Of a DNA stretch of 64,000 nucleotides, positions 28,944 through 42,523 are shown piece by piece; within the stretch, counting starts at the first letter, position 1; the number at the start of each line of letters is the position of its first letter. Source of the stretch: Octopus sinensis (Eukaryota); assembly GCF_006345805.1 (NCBI RefSeq), contig NC_043000.1:107818001-107882000 (forward strand). The letters run 5' to 3'. The position numbers were made by a program, and so were the translations under genes. The notes below the pieces were generated by a model. That model saw only the letters and a program-made list of their open reading frames with translations, was not told the origin of the DNA and did not search any database.

Positions 28944-29263
28944 TTTTTTTATGTGAATAATATATAGTCTAGTCTTTTCTTCTCGCTAGACAACTGGTAG
29001 CAAAGAACTGTTCTAAATTTTTTGCTACCCTAAGATTTATTAATTAATGATAAAATGTCTAGTTGTTTAGTTAGCCTGGTCAGTTGTTTTGTCCTCTTCT
29101 TAGTGGACACCCATTTGCAGAGTCACCTACTTTATTGTCACTGTTACCCAGATGCCCTGTTACATATTTGTGATGTCTCTCAGTTGTTTTGTTGAATTGG
29201 TCGACACTCAATTGCACTGTCGCCTAGGCTGTCACCCTGTTCTTTTACGTATATAGTTGTAGA

Positions 29264-29670
29264 TTATTTGAAATGTCACCTAGTTAATCTTAACTTATTT
29301 AACCTGCCACGAAACCATTACATGGACCTAACATCGGAATGCATGTCGTCTATCGATATATTTCTGACTTAACGATTAGACAGATAGCTGATGTGAAATG
29401 CTCCATTCATCTGATTACATAATCTTGAAATTAGACCCTTTTCACATTATTTTGTTCTTATTGCTAGTATAAATAATTTGAAATGTCGCCTAGTTAATCG
29501 TTATTTATCCTGCTACGAAGCCATCACTTGGAAATCACTTGTGAGAGTCCTGCATCTATCGATATATTACTGACTTAACGACTGGACAGATAGGTGAGGT
29601 AAATAGCTCCATTCATCTGATTACATAATCTTGAAATTAACACTCTGTCTCGTTATTTTGTCTTTATTTT
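29264..29670. repeat. ~210-bp-period tandem duplication
   Basis: tttgaaatgtc.cctagttaatc...tatcgatatatt.ctgacttaacga...gctccattcatctgattacataatcttgaaatta occurs twice. Confidence 0.9.
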
Positions 29671-31824
29671 TAATGTCACAATGCATTGATTCATTCAGCC
29701 ACCTAAAATCTTACCGCTGTTCTTGCTTTTACTCCAAATATTTCAACTCTCTTTTGACTTTCACTCTGAATTACTTGCGCAATGACAAGTCTTACAGACT
29801 AATGAGTAATAATATTTCGTTTTAATTAGTGTTTTTTTTTCTTCATTAGACTATAGACAGTTTCTTATTTGTACTTTAATGTTTTCTCATTAGGCTAATT
29901 ACTTTCCACTTGTTTATTTTATTACACTAAATAGTGTTTTTGTTGTTTGTTTGTATTGGTTCTTTAATTTGTCAAGCGCTGTCAGCCCTCTGTGCAGTCT
30001 AAGTTTCTCTCATACTCACACATGTGTATATATAAGTATATTAGTATGTATATGTGTGTATAAATCTGTGTACGTATGAACGTACGTATGTATATATGCA
30101 TGCATGTATGCATGTATGTACGTATGAACATGCATACGCACACACAAGAAAGCGCGCTCGCACACACACGCACGCATATATATACACATATAATAAAAAT
30201 AGATAAATGAATTATCTGATATTACTACTTTTTTTTTCGTTAAAAGTCTTTTTGTTGACATAAGCATAGCATAGCCAAGTATGCAGAATGCACAACATTC
30301 ATAAGATTGCATAATATGTTACGCAACTCTTAACTCATCAGGATAACCCAATAAGCAAGCGAACAATGACATGTGCGCAACTAAGAGATCATCAACAAAT
30401 ATGTTGCTTTAGAATTCTAGTAGTAGTTTTCTTTCTTCTCCTATTTAAGTGTTGAAGTACTTCATAATTGCGCTGGTGTATTATTTTTAGTATGGAGTCG
30501 GTGACTATTTTCAAATTAGCGTTAATGTAGTCTCTCTTTAGCATTCCTAGGTATCTTTGTTAGTCGTTCCTTGAGTACTCCTCATGATGTTTCTGTAGGA
30601 CTCTCTTCTAGTGTCTCTCTCTTAGTGATCTTGTGTATGTTTTCTCTTGATATTTTTGTTTCGTGTTATCTGTTTGATAGAGGTTTTACCGACAAAACTG
30701 ATACACCGCCGGATAAAATTCTCGGCGTTATTTATTCCGGCTGTTTGAATTTCGCGTGGAAATCCTGCTAGGGGTTGATTTAATCTACTGCCAGTCTTTA
30801 CCAACAAGTGAATGAATCGAGTATGTTTTTGTCTGATTGCGACTACATAAGCACCTAAAACAATTAGCCAAAGAACGATAGATGCCACCAAAGTATACAT
30901 GTTGGCAGATGACAGCTCTCCTGTGAAAGTACCACATATTACAAACCAACAAAATGGATAAACACACACATCCAGCAATTCACACACAACATACACAGTT
31001 ACACAACAAACATTCTCTCCAAAACAAACGAGAATATATTATATATTTATCCTGTTAATTTGATTTGATCACTACTTATATGAATGTTTTTGCTGTAACT
31101 TTCTGATTCAGTGTCCAGATCTATTTTCCTTGTTATTCTCCAACATTCCTGATTGCCACTGTTAGATCATTCTCAGTCTTATCTCTGGTTCACCCGTTGA
31201 GATATTATGTGGTTACATTCTGTGTGCTGTTAGAAGTGGAGGGAAGCATATATGTCTATATAGTTCACTATATGTTTCTACAGGGACTTACGTGATTTCA
31301 GCATAAATATTTTAAGGGGTTCTTATCTTAAAACTAGAATTAGACATATCTCGGACAACAAGCATAGAAGTTTACAAGATTAACAAGAATGTTAAATGAA
31401 AAGCATATATAATAGACACATATAAATTCAATTAAATATCCTATCATCACTCAGATTCACTTGGATGTACAAATCTGTCACGAAGTGGACAGCAGAAGCA
31501 ACGAAATGTAATATATAAGAACAGGCTATCTCACAGATATATTGAAAAAAATCTCTAGGTCTTTCAGTGAAGTGTTGAAAAAATATGTTGCCAATGTCAA
31601 GTTCCCGGAAAAATGTATCAAATTGGCTAACACTAGCTCCTGCAAAATATATTTCGAGACATTTCAACTGTGTTATGTTGAAGCTCTGACAGATGAAAAT
31701 TCACATGTCGTAGAAAATTATAATGTGAAAATACGGACATGTGTCATACAGACAGACCGGTAATTGTACGTAGAAAGCTAGAGGTTATTTTCCATGATAC
31801 AAAAATGACAATAACATATTCTTT

Positions 31825-32290
31825 GTAACATAGATATAAGGCTTGAATTTTGGGAGGAGGAGGAGGAGGAATTCAATTACATCAAAACCCAGTGTTTATC
31901 AGGTAATTACTTCATCGGCCCTGAAAGGATGAAAGGCAAGTCGACCTCGGTAGAATTTGAATTCAGAAAGAAAGGTCCGAAGAAATGTTGCTGTGTATTT
32001 TCCAGGCAATAATGTATTAACTATCGAATAATATGTATTTATTATCGACACTGTAAGATGGCGTTTTTGCAGAGTCGTCAGAGCATCGGATTGAATGCTT
32101 CGTGGCTTTTGCTAGAATTCTCTGAGATATGAGCCCAAATCCGGCCGAGGTCTACATTGCCGTTCATGATTTCGTGGTCAATAATAAAGTACTGATCCAA
32201 GTACTGTTGGTAGAACAGTAAGAATGACTGACTGTATACCTTGTGTTATTTGCACTGAGTCTTTACGCACTGGGTTCAAATCTTACCATG
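31825..32290. mobile_element. SINE family A copies (one minus, one decayed plus)
   Basis: gaaaggatgaaaggcaagtcgacctcggtagaatttgaattcag; gcccaaatccggccgaggtc. Confidence 0.7.
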
Positions 32291-32469
32291 ATCTTGTTGT
32301 GTGGTTGGCTTAACCTTCTCGTCCATTCTAACACCGCCGCTTAGCACCTTGGGTACCTGTAGTGTCGTTCACTCTGTTGTAAGCATTCCCTTCAGGTTTC
32401 CGGTTTGATGATACTTTCCTCTCATGTTCCCACCAACCTGGATAAGTCTTTAGCGTGTCATGGTGACAG

Positions 32470-33300
32470 GGTCAGAAATATTTTTGGAATGGAGCTTGTC
32501 GATCACATCGGCTCCTGGACATAACTGGTGCATATTTCATCGATCCCGAAAGGGTGAATGGCAAAGATGATATCGGCAGGATTTGAAAACAGAACGTAAA
32601 AAAGCAGAAGAAATGCTACGAAGCATCTTTGCCGACGTGCTAAGGATTCTGCTAGCTCCACGCCTTTAATGGTTTTAAAATTTGGCTCAAGGTCATAAAT
32701 TTTAGGGTAGTGGGGATGTCAACTACATGATCTCTACTGCTCAAATGGTTCTTATTTTATCGACACTGAAAGGATGAAAGACAAAATTAAATTCGATAGT
32801 GTTTGAAGGAAGAATGTAATGAGTCGGGAGAAATGCTGCTAAGAATTTTGTCTGAGGCGCAAACGTTTCTGCCTCTTTGTTACTTGAATAATAATTGTTT
32901 CCAGACGAGAGCAAATTAAATGAAGTGGATAGACCATTATATTGACACTGATGTTAAACTGGCACTTTTATCGACCTCGAAAAATGAAGGAGAAAGTCAA
33001 CCTCAGCGGACTTTGAACACAGAACGTAATAAGACGGGAGAATACCGCTTAAGCATTTTATCTCAGGCGCAAACGGTTCCGCCAGCTCTTTTCTACTCCA
33101 GGCACAAGGCTCGAAATTTTGAGGGAGAGGGCCAGTCGATTAGATTGACCTCAGTACGCAACTGGTACTCAATTTATCAACCCCGAAAGGATGAAAGGTA
33201 AAGTCGACCTCGGTGGAATTTGAACTCTGAACGTAAAGACGGACGAAATATCGCTAAGCATTTCGCCCGGCATGCTAACGATTCTGCCAGCTCGCCAACA
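32470..33300 (-). mobile_element. Stack of four head-to-tail SINE family A copies
   Basis: The block tcgatcccgaaagg.tgaa.ggcaaag / gaacgtaa / gctaagcat recurs at ~32540, 32760, 32970 and 33180. Confidence 0.88.
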
Positions 33301-34439
33301 CATTTAGCGTGAATAATACTACTTAGCTGTTCCGAAAAAAAATCCATTAACACTGATTAAAAGACAATGAATCAAACTGTAAGTAATCCTGTGCCGAACG
33401 TTACTCTGTATCATAAATGTATTATGAATGTATTATGTATGCTCGTATTAGAAGGCGTCTGGATAATGCGTGTAAACAAACTAGTGAGACATAAATCATA
33501 CTAGCAGCAGACCGGTTCAGAGCCACCATAAAAAAATTACAAACGACATTAGTGAAACAAGTATTATTCAGCAGAAGCTGAGGAATACATAATTCGAATT
33601 TGATGCATAAACATTTCAAATAAGCATAAACCAACAGACATGGGGATTTACAGTAGTTCTACTGGCGAAAGTGTTTGAAGTTCTTGTTTTTTTTTTTTAA
33701 AGAGACTGTTTATAGTAAAAATAGGAGGAAAAGAGTAGCAGGCAGTCGCTGCATGATTTAGTTTACATTCAACCATATTTATTGTTATTTAATAGTATGG
33801 AATTATCAGCCCTGCCAAAGATACAAGACAAGTGTATGATATTATTTGAACAATAAACAGAATCCTGTATGTAAGCTATTGGAACAATAAATTGAGATAT
33901 AACTTTTAATTATTATATATATTTCTACTAATGTTTTAGTGCAAGTAGAACGGGGCGCTGATCCCTTAAAAGATATCTGCTGTGTCATAATTTGATAAGG
34001 TTGTTGCGTAGGCACTTGATCAGAATTCAGCATACGCTAGTCTGGGCAATTTCCCGGCATCTTCAAGAAGTGATTTGGTAATCTCACATCGGGTTTGAAT
34101 TTGGTTTTATCCTTCACCCGGGGTATCTCCTCCCACTGTAGTTCCTAATTGCTGCGGTGTCATCTCGGGTGTAAAGAAAACGAATGTCAGCATAATGAGG
34201 ATTTTATACAAATAGATGAATTTATTAAAGTAAAACTTGGTCTTAATAGTGGATATCGTTGTTTAACAGAGTTCTTCCGTCCGAAGAGATTCAGGCTAGC
34301 ATGTGCATTCCTCTAGCCGTTTTCCAACGAACGGAGAAGAGGTGTTCATGCTGTATTTACTTCGTAGTTGTACATAAAAGATGTCCACATTGTGGGAGTA
34401 CAGATTCCCATAAGATCATTAGAATCTTCAATTCTAGTG

Positions 34440-36180
34440 ATAATATGCTTTTCATAATGATACGAATACAATATTCTCACTGGTTATTACCGCATCTATT
34501 GTCTCTACTTTCTGTATGCTCTACATGTTTATAAATATTGGATTTATTGTTTATGTCTTTTAATAATTTCAGAGGTATTTATTATTATAGAAATTGTTTT
34601 ATCTTTCAAGTCTTCATATTCTGCTAGCGGTATTTCTAGATCTTTATATGCAGATAATTTCTCCATTTCTTTCTATGATACATTCCACGTATGGACGAAT
34701 AGGAAGTATGACAATAATAGTCAATAGATTAACTGTGATATTCCTGTCAGTATAGTTTGGCCTCTCCCAAATTATGCTATTATCCGACAGCTTTCCTGCT
34801 GCATATTTGAAACATTTCTTTTACGCAGGCATAACTTCTGTCATATGAAAACAAGTGCGTCATCCGTGTAGCAATATTCTTTCTTGGCAGCCAGAGATAG
34901 TGTGGTATATTAATTCTTCCTAAACGACATGAACTTTGTAGTTAATTAAAGTATTCTGTATCATTACATACTTGGTGGCTGGTGGAACCAATCTGACACT
35001 GTGTCGTACTTAAAAATCTTTCATTCTGAACTTTGGGTCCTTCACTTCCCAAATATATTGCAAATTTTCTGTGCTTATTTCATCTCATCCATTTATTGTT
35101 TTAGGTATTGGCAACGTAGACTTTCGGTAGCAGCATTTTTAGTTTAATTTTAATTTTCTTTTCCATAATTTCTATTGCTGTTGGTTCTTTCTCCTCACAA
35201 TTGTTTGTCATTTCAGCTTTTCTTTGAAATTTTCAAGAAAACAAAATAGATTTGTAAAGTATACTAGCCATCTCAATATGGCTAACCACTAAGGGTGGAT
35301 GTTACTGTAGCTTTTAGCCCCATGAGATCATCGTCTCCAGCTGGCTTTAGGCACACTTTCTGTGCCCTTATGGTATTTGCAAAGGGAGGTCATCCCTCTC
35401 TCGTCAACCTAAGTGATACGCACGGACTGCAGTTTCTAGGTATTTGCCTGTCTTCGGCGTACGGCAATCACCGGTTTTCGATGAAGGGAAGCCGTTTGCA
35501 AATACTTATTTATTGTTTGTAATAATTTCTCATTGTTCTTTACTAAATATTTTTTGTAGTTCTGTATTATCTATATTATAATAATTTTGTAGTTGTACAA
35601 AAATCACATCTCCCCTATTTCTGATAAATGTAATTTTTCCATGATAAATTTTGAGTCGTATCATCTAACTGCAGTTATCATTTTCCTTGCTTTTCTGTCT
35701 AGCTTCCTTCCTTCATTTAGTGACTAGTTGAGTATATCATTATAAGCTACTCCCGGGACAGTTAGAGTATTGAGGTTTATTATTATTACTTTTTTTTTTT
35801 AGTATTCGCATTTAACTCAATTTTAGGTATTAATATAATACGTCTATAATATTCCTGTCTAGATTTTCTTTTCATTTCTCTGTGTTAAACTCTGTCTAGT
35901 TCATTAATTCTTAAGTATTTGTAAGTCTGTGCCTGGTTTAAGTCTTCTATCTCTCTTTATCTAACATAATACTAGTGTTCTTAATTTTCCTGTCTGTAAG
36001 GCTGCCTTGTCGCATGTTCCTAATCCGAATATCGTATTAATTCTTCTTATAAATCCGAATGCTGTCTTCGGTGAGTAAATCAAGAAGATATACCTAACAC
36101 GTTTTGGTTATCTTGTTAATTTTCTTCTCTTCAAGGTTACTTTGGATCATATTTGTAATCCGAATTAACATACCAACTCC
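34440..36180 (-). mobile_element. Degraded R4/Dong-clade LINE (RT C-terminal half through RLE endonuclease), interrupted by an insertion at ~35260-35520
   Basis: Minus-strand motifs DLNQAQTYKYLRINE, MKRKSRQELYRR, KLDRKARKMIT and KEMEKLSAYKDLEIP match the R4/Dong RT thumb and RLE domain. Many stops and frameshifts. Confidence 0.75.
35260..35520. mobile_element. GC-richer insertion inside the R4/Dong relic, probably another short retroposon
   Basis: Interrupts the LINE-derived sequence. gtggatgttactgtagcttttagcccc...catcgtctccagctggct resembles a recalled octopus interspersed repeat. Confidence 0.4.
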
Positions 36181-36254
36181 TATAAGCAGTAAGTTCATAG
36201 ATTGTCTGCAGCATTGTTCACAGTTGGTAAATAAATAGATGTACTGACCGTACT

Positions 36255-36385
36255 ATGGCCGCCGCCGCCGCCGCTGCCACCGCCACCACCACCACCACAA
36301 TTATAATCATCATCGTCATCGTCGTCGTCGCAATCACCAGCATCACCATCTTCCTCCCCTTCCTCCTCTTCCTCATTACCACCAC

Positions 36386-36477
<92 letters not shown>

Positions 36478-36492
36478 GTATCATCGTCATTA
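36255..36492. repeat. Compound trinucleotide microsatellite: GCC, ACC, ATC, GTC, CTC, ATC, ATT
   Basis: Seen directly. Confidence 0.97.
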
Positions 36493-36493
36493 T

Positions 36494-36860
36494 TAAGGTG
36501 GTGAGCTCGCAGGATTGTTAGCACACCGGGCAAAATGCTTAGAAGTATTTCTCCCGTCACTACATTCTGAGCTCAAATTCCGCCGAAGTTGACTTTGGTT
36601 TTCATACTTTCGGTGTCGATAAATTAAGTATCAAGTGCATACTGAGGTCGATCTAATCGACTCATCCTCTCCACCAAAATGACTGCTCTTGTGGTAAAAT
36701 TTGAAACCATCATCATCATCATCATCATTATTGTTGAAGCAGCGAATTGTGAGAATCAATAGTACAGCAGACAAAATGTTTAGCTGCATTTCGTCCGTTT
36801 TTATGTCCTCACTTCGAGTGCCGCCGAGGTCGACTTTGCCTTTCATCTGTCCAGAGTAAA
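36494..36860 (+). mobile_element. SINE family A, full copy plus a partial copy
   Basis: aaggtggtgagctcgcaggattgttagcacaccgggcaaaatgcttag...ctgagctcaaattccgccgaagttgactttgg. Confidence 0.88.
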
Positions 36861-37346
36861 CCAGAGTAAGAACTAGAATGAATCAAAAGCTTTGGCCTAC
36901 AACCATAAGCAAATGGTTTGAATTCAGACACAATATGAAACCAAAAGCAACTTCGAAAAAAAAATGGATCAAATAACCAACGACGTGTCATAGTTCATGT
37001 ATACGCAGTGTCGATAGGCCACTTCTTGCAGTATTTGTCCATATGAGACAATGTCACGTGCAGACATAGGTAAAAAACACGACAACTATCAGAGAAATAA
37101 AAGTTGTTTCCAGCTGCGACCAGCGACAGCGTCAGATGCATGTTGGCGTTTGGACCGATGGATAAAATGTTTTAGGAAACTACCCCAAATAACTAGCAAT
37201 ATTTTTTTTTAGATTCTTTACGTTCTGGGTTCAAGTCCCATCAAGATGAACTTTGTCTTTCATTTTTCTGAGGTCAGTGAAATAAGGTAATAGTCAAGTG
37301 TTTGAGTCGGCATAATTGATTAGAAGTTTCGGGACTTGTGCTTCTA

Positions 37347-37724
37347 CAGGGGTTGGACAAAATAATGGAAACACCTTGAAATTTCAAACAAATTGATTTT
37401 AATATGAGGTATGATTTTACCCCTCTTTCTCAAAGGCTGTCATTACTTTCGAGATAGTACTTCTTGATTCACCAAACATTTTGGCTGTTTTCGTTACTCT
37501 ATTTAACCTCTTTGAAAGTCCGGTAGATCTATCATTTTAATAAATTTTAACTACCTTTTTCTGATATCTGAAAAGAAACAGCAATTTTAGCAAAACATAT
37601 TAGGCAACACTAATAATAAATAAAAAAAAACATAAAAATAAACAAGCTTTTGACGGTTTTATAGATATTTCAAAATTATGATGCTATGGTGCTATGGTGT
37701 TTCTGATATTTTGTCAAACCCCAA
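37347..37724. mobile_element. Non-autonomous Tc1/mariner element (MITE)
   Basis: TA|caggggttggacaaaataatggaaacacc ... ggtgtttctgatattttgtcaaacccc-aa|TA: imperfect ~28-bp TIRs with TA flanks. Confidence 0.8.
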
Positions 37725-38522
37725 TATAACAAACTGTTATTTATAAATAATTGAGATGTAAAAGATTAAATGAAAAATCCTAAAGATTACGTTAAAATTA
37801 AATTGGGATTTATCTCATGCTAGAGAGTCAATGCCCTCATGACTTTTACTTATACATAGTCTAATATACTTTACAAATATTCTATCAATAAATATGTAAT
37901 TTTCATATTTAAATGTTTTTTTTTCTCGCAAGTGTAAAAGAGAATTTAATGTAAAAATATAGAAGATGGCCACCAACATTCTGTTAGTCACCCAAACCAC
38001 CCATCAATCTACAAGTGTTTGATAGCAGAATGAAGATATTTGTATTAATAATCATACAAGCAATAAAGACAAAGAAAACTAAAAACGGAAAGAAAAATAG
38101 ACGAACGTTCAACTCGTTAGCTTGATATATACAAAAAGGAAACTAGATTCTATGGAAGTCGTAACCATAAAATATTTAATGCATCTATCATAAAGCATGT
38201 CGTTCTATTCGTATTGCAACAGTAAATTTTCACCCGTCATGCTGTCTCTAGTAAGAAGGTTGTAAATAATCATTAAAAAATGCAAGAAATATTGGCCAAA
38301 TTTCACTTATACACACATATATTCATTATCAGAAACAATACAAGTTTAGACTAACAAAAGTTATATATTGGTATCATAAAACTATGAGTGGTCCTCCGTC
38401 GTTCGTCGATGAGATTTTATGTTCGATCAACCGAATTACCTGCCCCTTGAATTACTTATGATATGGCTGGTAACTTTGGTAGTATATTTCCCACCATGGG
38501 TAATATCAGGAAACATGACTTA

Positions 38523-38950
38523 GGCGCAGGAGTGGCTGTGTGGTTAGTAGCTTGCTTACGAACCACATGGTTCCGGATTCAGTCCCACTGCATGGCACCT
38601 TGGGCAAATGTCTTCTACTATAGCCTCGGGCCGTCCAAAGCTTTGTGAGTGGATTTGGTAGACAGAAACTGAAAGTAGCCCGTCGTATATATGTATATAT
38701 ATATATACACACATGTATGTGTGTGTGCATATGTTTGTGTGTCTGTGTTTGTCCCCCCAACATCGCTTGACAACCAATGCTGGTGTGTTTACGTAACTTA
38801 GTTGTTCGGCAACAGAGACTGATAGAATAAGTACTAGGCTTACAAAGAATAAGTCCTGGGGTTGACTTGCTCGTCTAAAAGTGGTGCTCCAGCATGGGTG
38901 CAGTCAAATGATGATTGAAGCAAGTAAAGGAGTAAAAGAGTAAAAGGAGT
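38523..38950 (+). mobile_element. SINE family B, full length
   Basis: ggcgcaggagtggctgtgtgg through gcaagtaaaggagtaaaagagtaaaag. Confidence 0.92.
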
Positions 38951-39594
38951 AAATAATAACTGTAATTTATGCAAAATAATGAAGCGAATATAGTCATTTT
39001 CAACAGAAAAATATATATTACGTTAAGTAGAATTAAATAAAGCGCAATTCTCATTTATATAACTCTTCCTTTTACTACTGTGTCATGTATGTTCCTCTTC
39101 CTTATCCTCCTTCCCTGTCGCAATGATTGTTTCTTTTCACTCCGCCTGCACTTCTCATAATAATTCTCTCGGTACTATTTGTTTTTACATATTTAATAAA
39201 ACGACAGATATACGCATCCAAAGGACACACTGTGATATGACAAATACGCAAGGAAGTTGACAGAATGCAGTCTGTGTTGGATGTATATGCTACTCGGTAG
39301 CTCTGCGTGATTAGCAGGGAAGCACGTACAAAGAAATGTTGGTGAGAAAAATTAAATTTGAAAGCAGGTAGGTAGACAGACAGATAGGAAGATACGTCTT
39401 TAAACATGCCTCTAAATAAATACATAAATAAACACATAAATAAATAAATAAATAAATAAATAAATATATAAATAGGCGAAGGTGCAATTGAAGCCTTCAG
39501 GTAATGATTATATAATTCGATTTTTAGAGGTGTCTCGTATATCATATCAGCGATCATTTAAATTGATAAATTTATTTATTTGTTAACGCACATA

Positions 39595-39643
39595 CGCTTT
39601 CTCTTTCTCTCTCTCTCTCTCTCTCAACATACACACATATACG

Positions 39644-39674
<31 letters not shown>

Positions 39675-39811
39675 ACAGACTATATCTTTATATACATATA
39701 CATATATATATACTCACATATATATATATATACATATACTTATATATATACATATATATATATACATGTATATATATACATGCATATATATATATATCTA
39801 TCTATGCATAT

Positions 39812-39856
<45 letters not shown>

Positions 39857-40084
39857 CATACATTCATACATACATATACATACATACATACATACATGCA
39901 TATATATACATACACACATATATATATATACATACATACATATATATACATACACATACATATATGTACGTCGTTTGATAATGATCCTCGAGAAATCTAT
40001 TAATAAAAAAAATCATTTGTATTTGATGTATCTGTGCCTGGAAGCATGTGCACGTCTGTGTGTGCATACCAGTGCGTATGTGTG

Positions 40085-40139
<55 letters not shown>

Positions 40140-40465
40140 CTTTACCGGTTCTCGTTACTGGTTACATCAGCATTAACGTTGATGCCAGAGATATCTGAAA
40201 CGTGTGTAATGTTGCTCCATATAGCCAGACTCTTGCAACATTATAGCACTAACGCACGCTTGCGGTGCGCGCAGTCACTGTTGTGTGCGAATGTGTGCGT
40301 ATATTTGTGTATGTGTTTCTGCCTACGAGCATTCAATAATTAAGTGTAGCAGAGATAATAAAAGACATGCACGCACGTACGCACGCACGGACGCACGCAT
40401 GTACGCACACAGACACCCGCACCCACACCACATGCCCTTCACGTACATCTCTCTCTCTCTCTCTC

Positions 40466-40535
<70 letters not shown>

Positions 40536-40600
40536 TCATATACATGTGTGTGTGTGTATCTTTATTTCGTTGTCGATCTCTCTTTACACCCCCCACACAA

Positions 40601-40671
<71 letters not shown>

Positions 40672-41002
40672 CTCACATGCACACACACATTCATTATACT
40701 TCAATATACTCTTGTTCTCTGTTGTTCAAATACACGATACTAGCCACTGACTTCTCTTGGTTGATTTTCGTTTACTTTATAAACAAATTTAGATAATAAG
40801 CATATGTAAATATATATATATATATTATATATATACATAACAAACACATACGTACACATATACTCATATGTTCCAAGGCGTTATCCTTACTCCCAACAAT
40901 CAAATTGCGTTTTATTGATGGGCATGTCAGTTTTGGAGAAATATTAATTCTTGATTATATGCACCCAGCACACACATACACACACATATACATATATATA
41001 TT

Positions 41003-41036
<34 letters not shown>

Positions 41037-41061
41037 ATATATATATATATATAATATATAC

Positions 41062-41103
<42 letters not shown>

Positions 41104-41160
41104 TGTGTGTGGTGTGTGTGTATATATGTATGTTTATATGTGTGTATATATGTATATAAT
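39595..41160. repeat. Dense (CT)/(CA)/(TA)/(TACA) microsatellite field
   Basis: Seen directly. Confidence 0.95.
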
Positions 41161-41309
41161 GTAAATTTGTATATAAAATGAACGAGAACCACCGAAGAGG
41201 AGTAACTGCGGGTCATGTATTTGAACAACAAAAACCAATAGAAGTATATGAAATAACATAGAAGATAAGTTCTTCATATATTCTTTTGTACTCTAGGCAC
41301 ATCAGCCTA

Positions 41310-41645
41310 AATTTTCGGATGAAATGCAGAGTCGAACTCGGCGTAATTTGAACTCGGAACGTAAGGACAGACGAAATACCGCTAAGAATTTCGCCCGGCG
41401 TGCTAACATTTCTTATTTCTTTATTGCCCACAAGGGGCTAAACATAGAGGGGACAAACAAGGACGCACAAAGGGATTAAGTCGATTTCATCGACCCTAGT
41501 GCGTAACTGGTACTTAATTTATCGACCCCGGAAGGATAAAAGGCAAAATCAACCTTGGCGGAATTTGAACTCAGAACGTAACGGCAGACGAAATACGGCT
41601 ACGCATTTCGCCCGGCGTGCTAACGTTTCTGACATCTCGCCGCCT
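41310..41645 (-). mobile_element. SINE family A head plus a full copy of the alternative-tail subfamily
   Basis: cccacaaggggctaaacatagaggggacaaacaaggac tail; gcatttcgcccggcgtgctaacg head. Confidence 0.9.
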
Positions 41646-42394
41646 GAAGCTCTTGATATATTGCAATCATTTCCGTTTCCAGACAGGGTTGACAAATTGG
41701 TTAGAATCTACTGGAACCAACTCCAAATATGTAGGTGTATAATCAAGTATCTAGAATTTCCTAAAACTGTTCTTCAGTAAAAGCCAGATTCATTGTTCGG
41801 AGATAAAATTACAGCTGGGCTCCTATGTTTCTGCTTCTTAAGGTATCATCAGCAAAGCAATTGTTCTATCGTAATTTCGGCTATGCAGGTTACATCGTTA
41901 TATTGAATGCATGAGAGAGTGTAGCTGAGGCAGAGAGAGTAAATGTAGATGATACAATGCGTTTAAAACAGTAATTAGATAACAGAGTGAGATTACCTGC
42001 CTAAGGAGCTTTACAAACGCAATGGATTACTATGTTATTCATTCCTTTCACTTACTTTCCTGCCCGTTCCTCATCAGCTTTTCTGTCTCTCTCTCTTGCA
42101 GAAACACACACACATACACACACTCATGGACACGGTTTCTATCTCATGCTCGCGAACAAACACACACACATACACACACATACGCTCACACACGCTCTCT
42201 CTCTCTATCACATACACATATACACACTCTCTCTCTCACACACACTCTCTCTCACACACACTCTCTCTCACACACTCTCTCTCTCTCACCTACCTAATTC
42301 TACGGCTACAAGTTTAGCTGAATAATTTTGCTTCTATACAACCCAGTATCACTGAATTGCCAAAAATAAGGGTTACATAATGTGTTGTATATTA

Positions 42395-42523
42395 AAAAGA
42401 AACCCGTCATTTTCGACAGGTACTACATTAGTGTATATATAATACAGTATACTGGGGAGTTTGAAAAGAATCCCGTCATTTTCGACAGGTACTACACTAG
42501 TGCGTATATAATACAGTATACTG
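42395..42523. repeat. 69-bp-period tandem duplication
   Basis: cccgtcattttcgacaggtactaca.tagtg..tatataatacagtatactg at 42403 and 42472. Confidence 0.92.

Noticed and set aside
30420-31000. Possible Penelope or LTR-element fragment and a 124-aa hydrophobic ORF
   Set aside because: No RT, GIY-YIG or gag/pol motif recognisable by eye.
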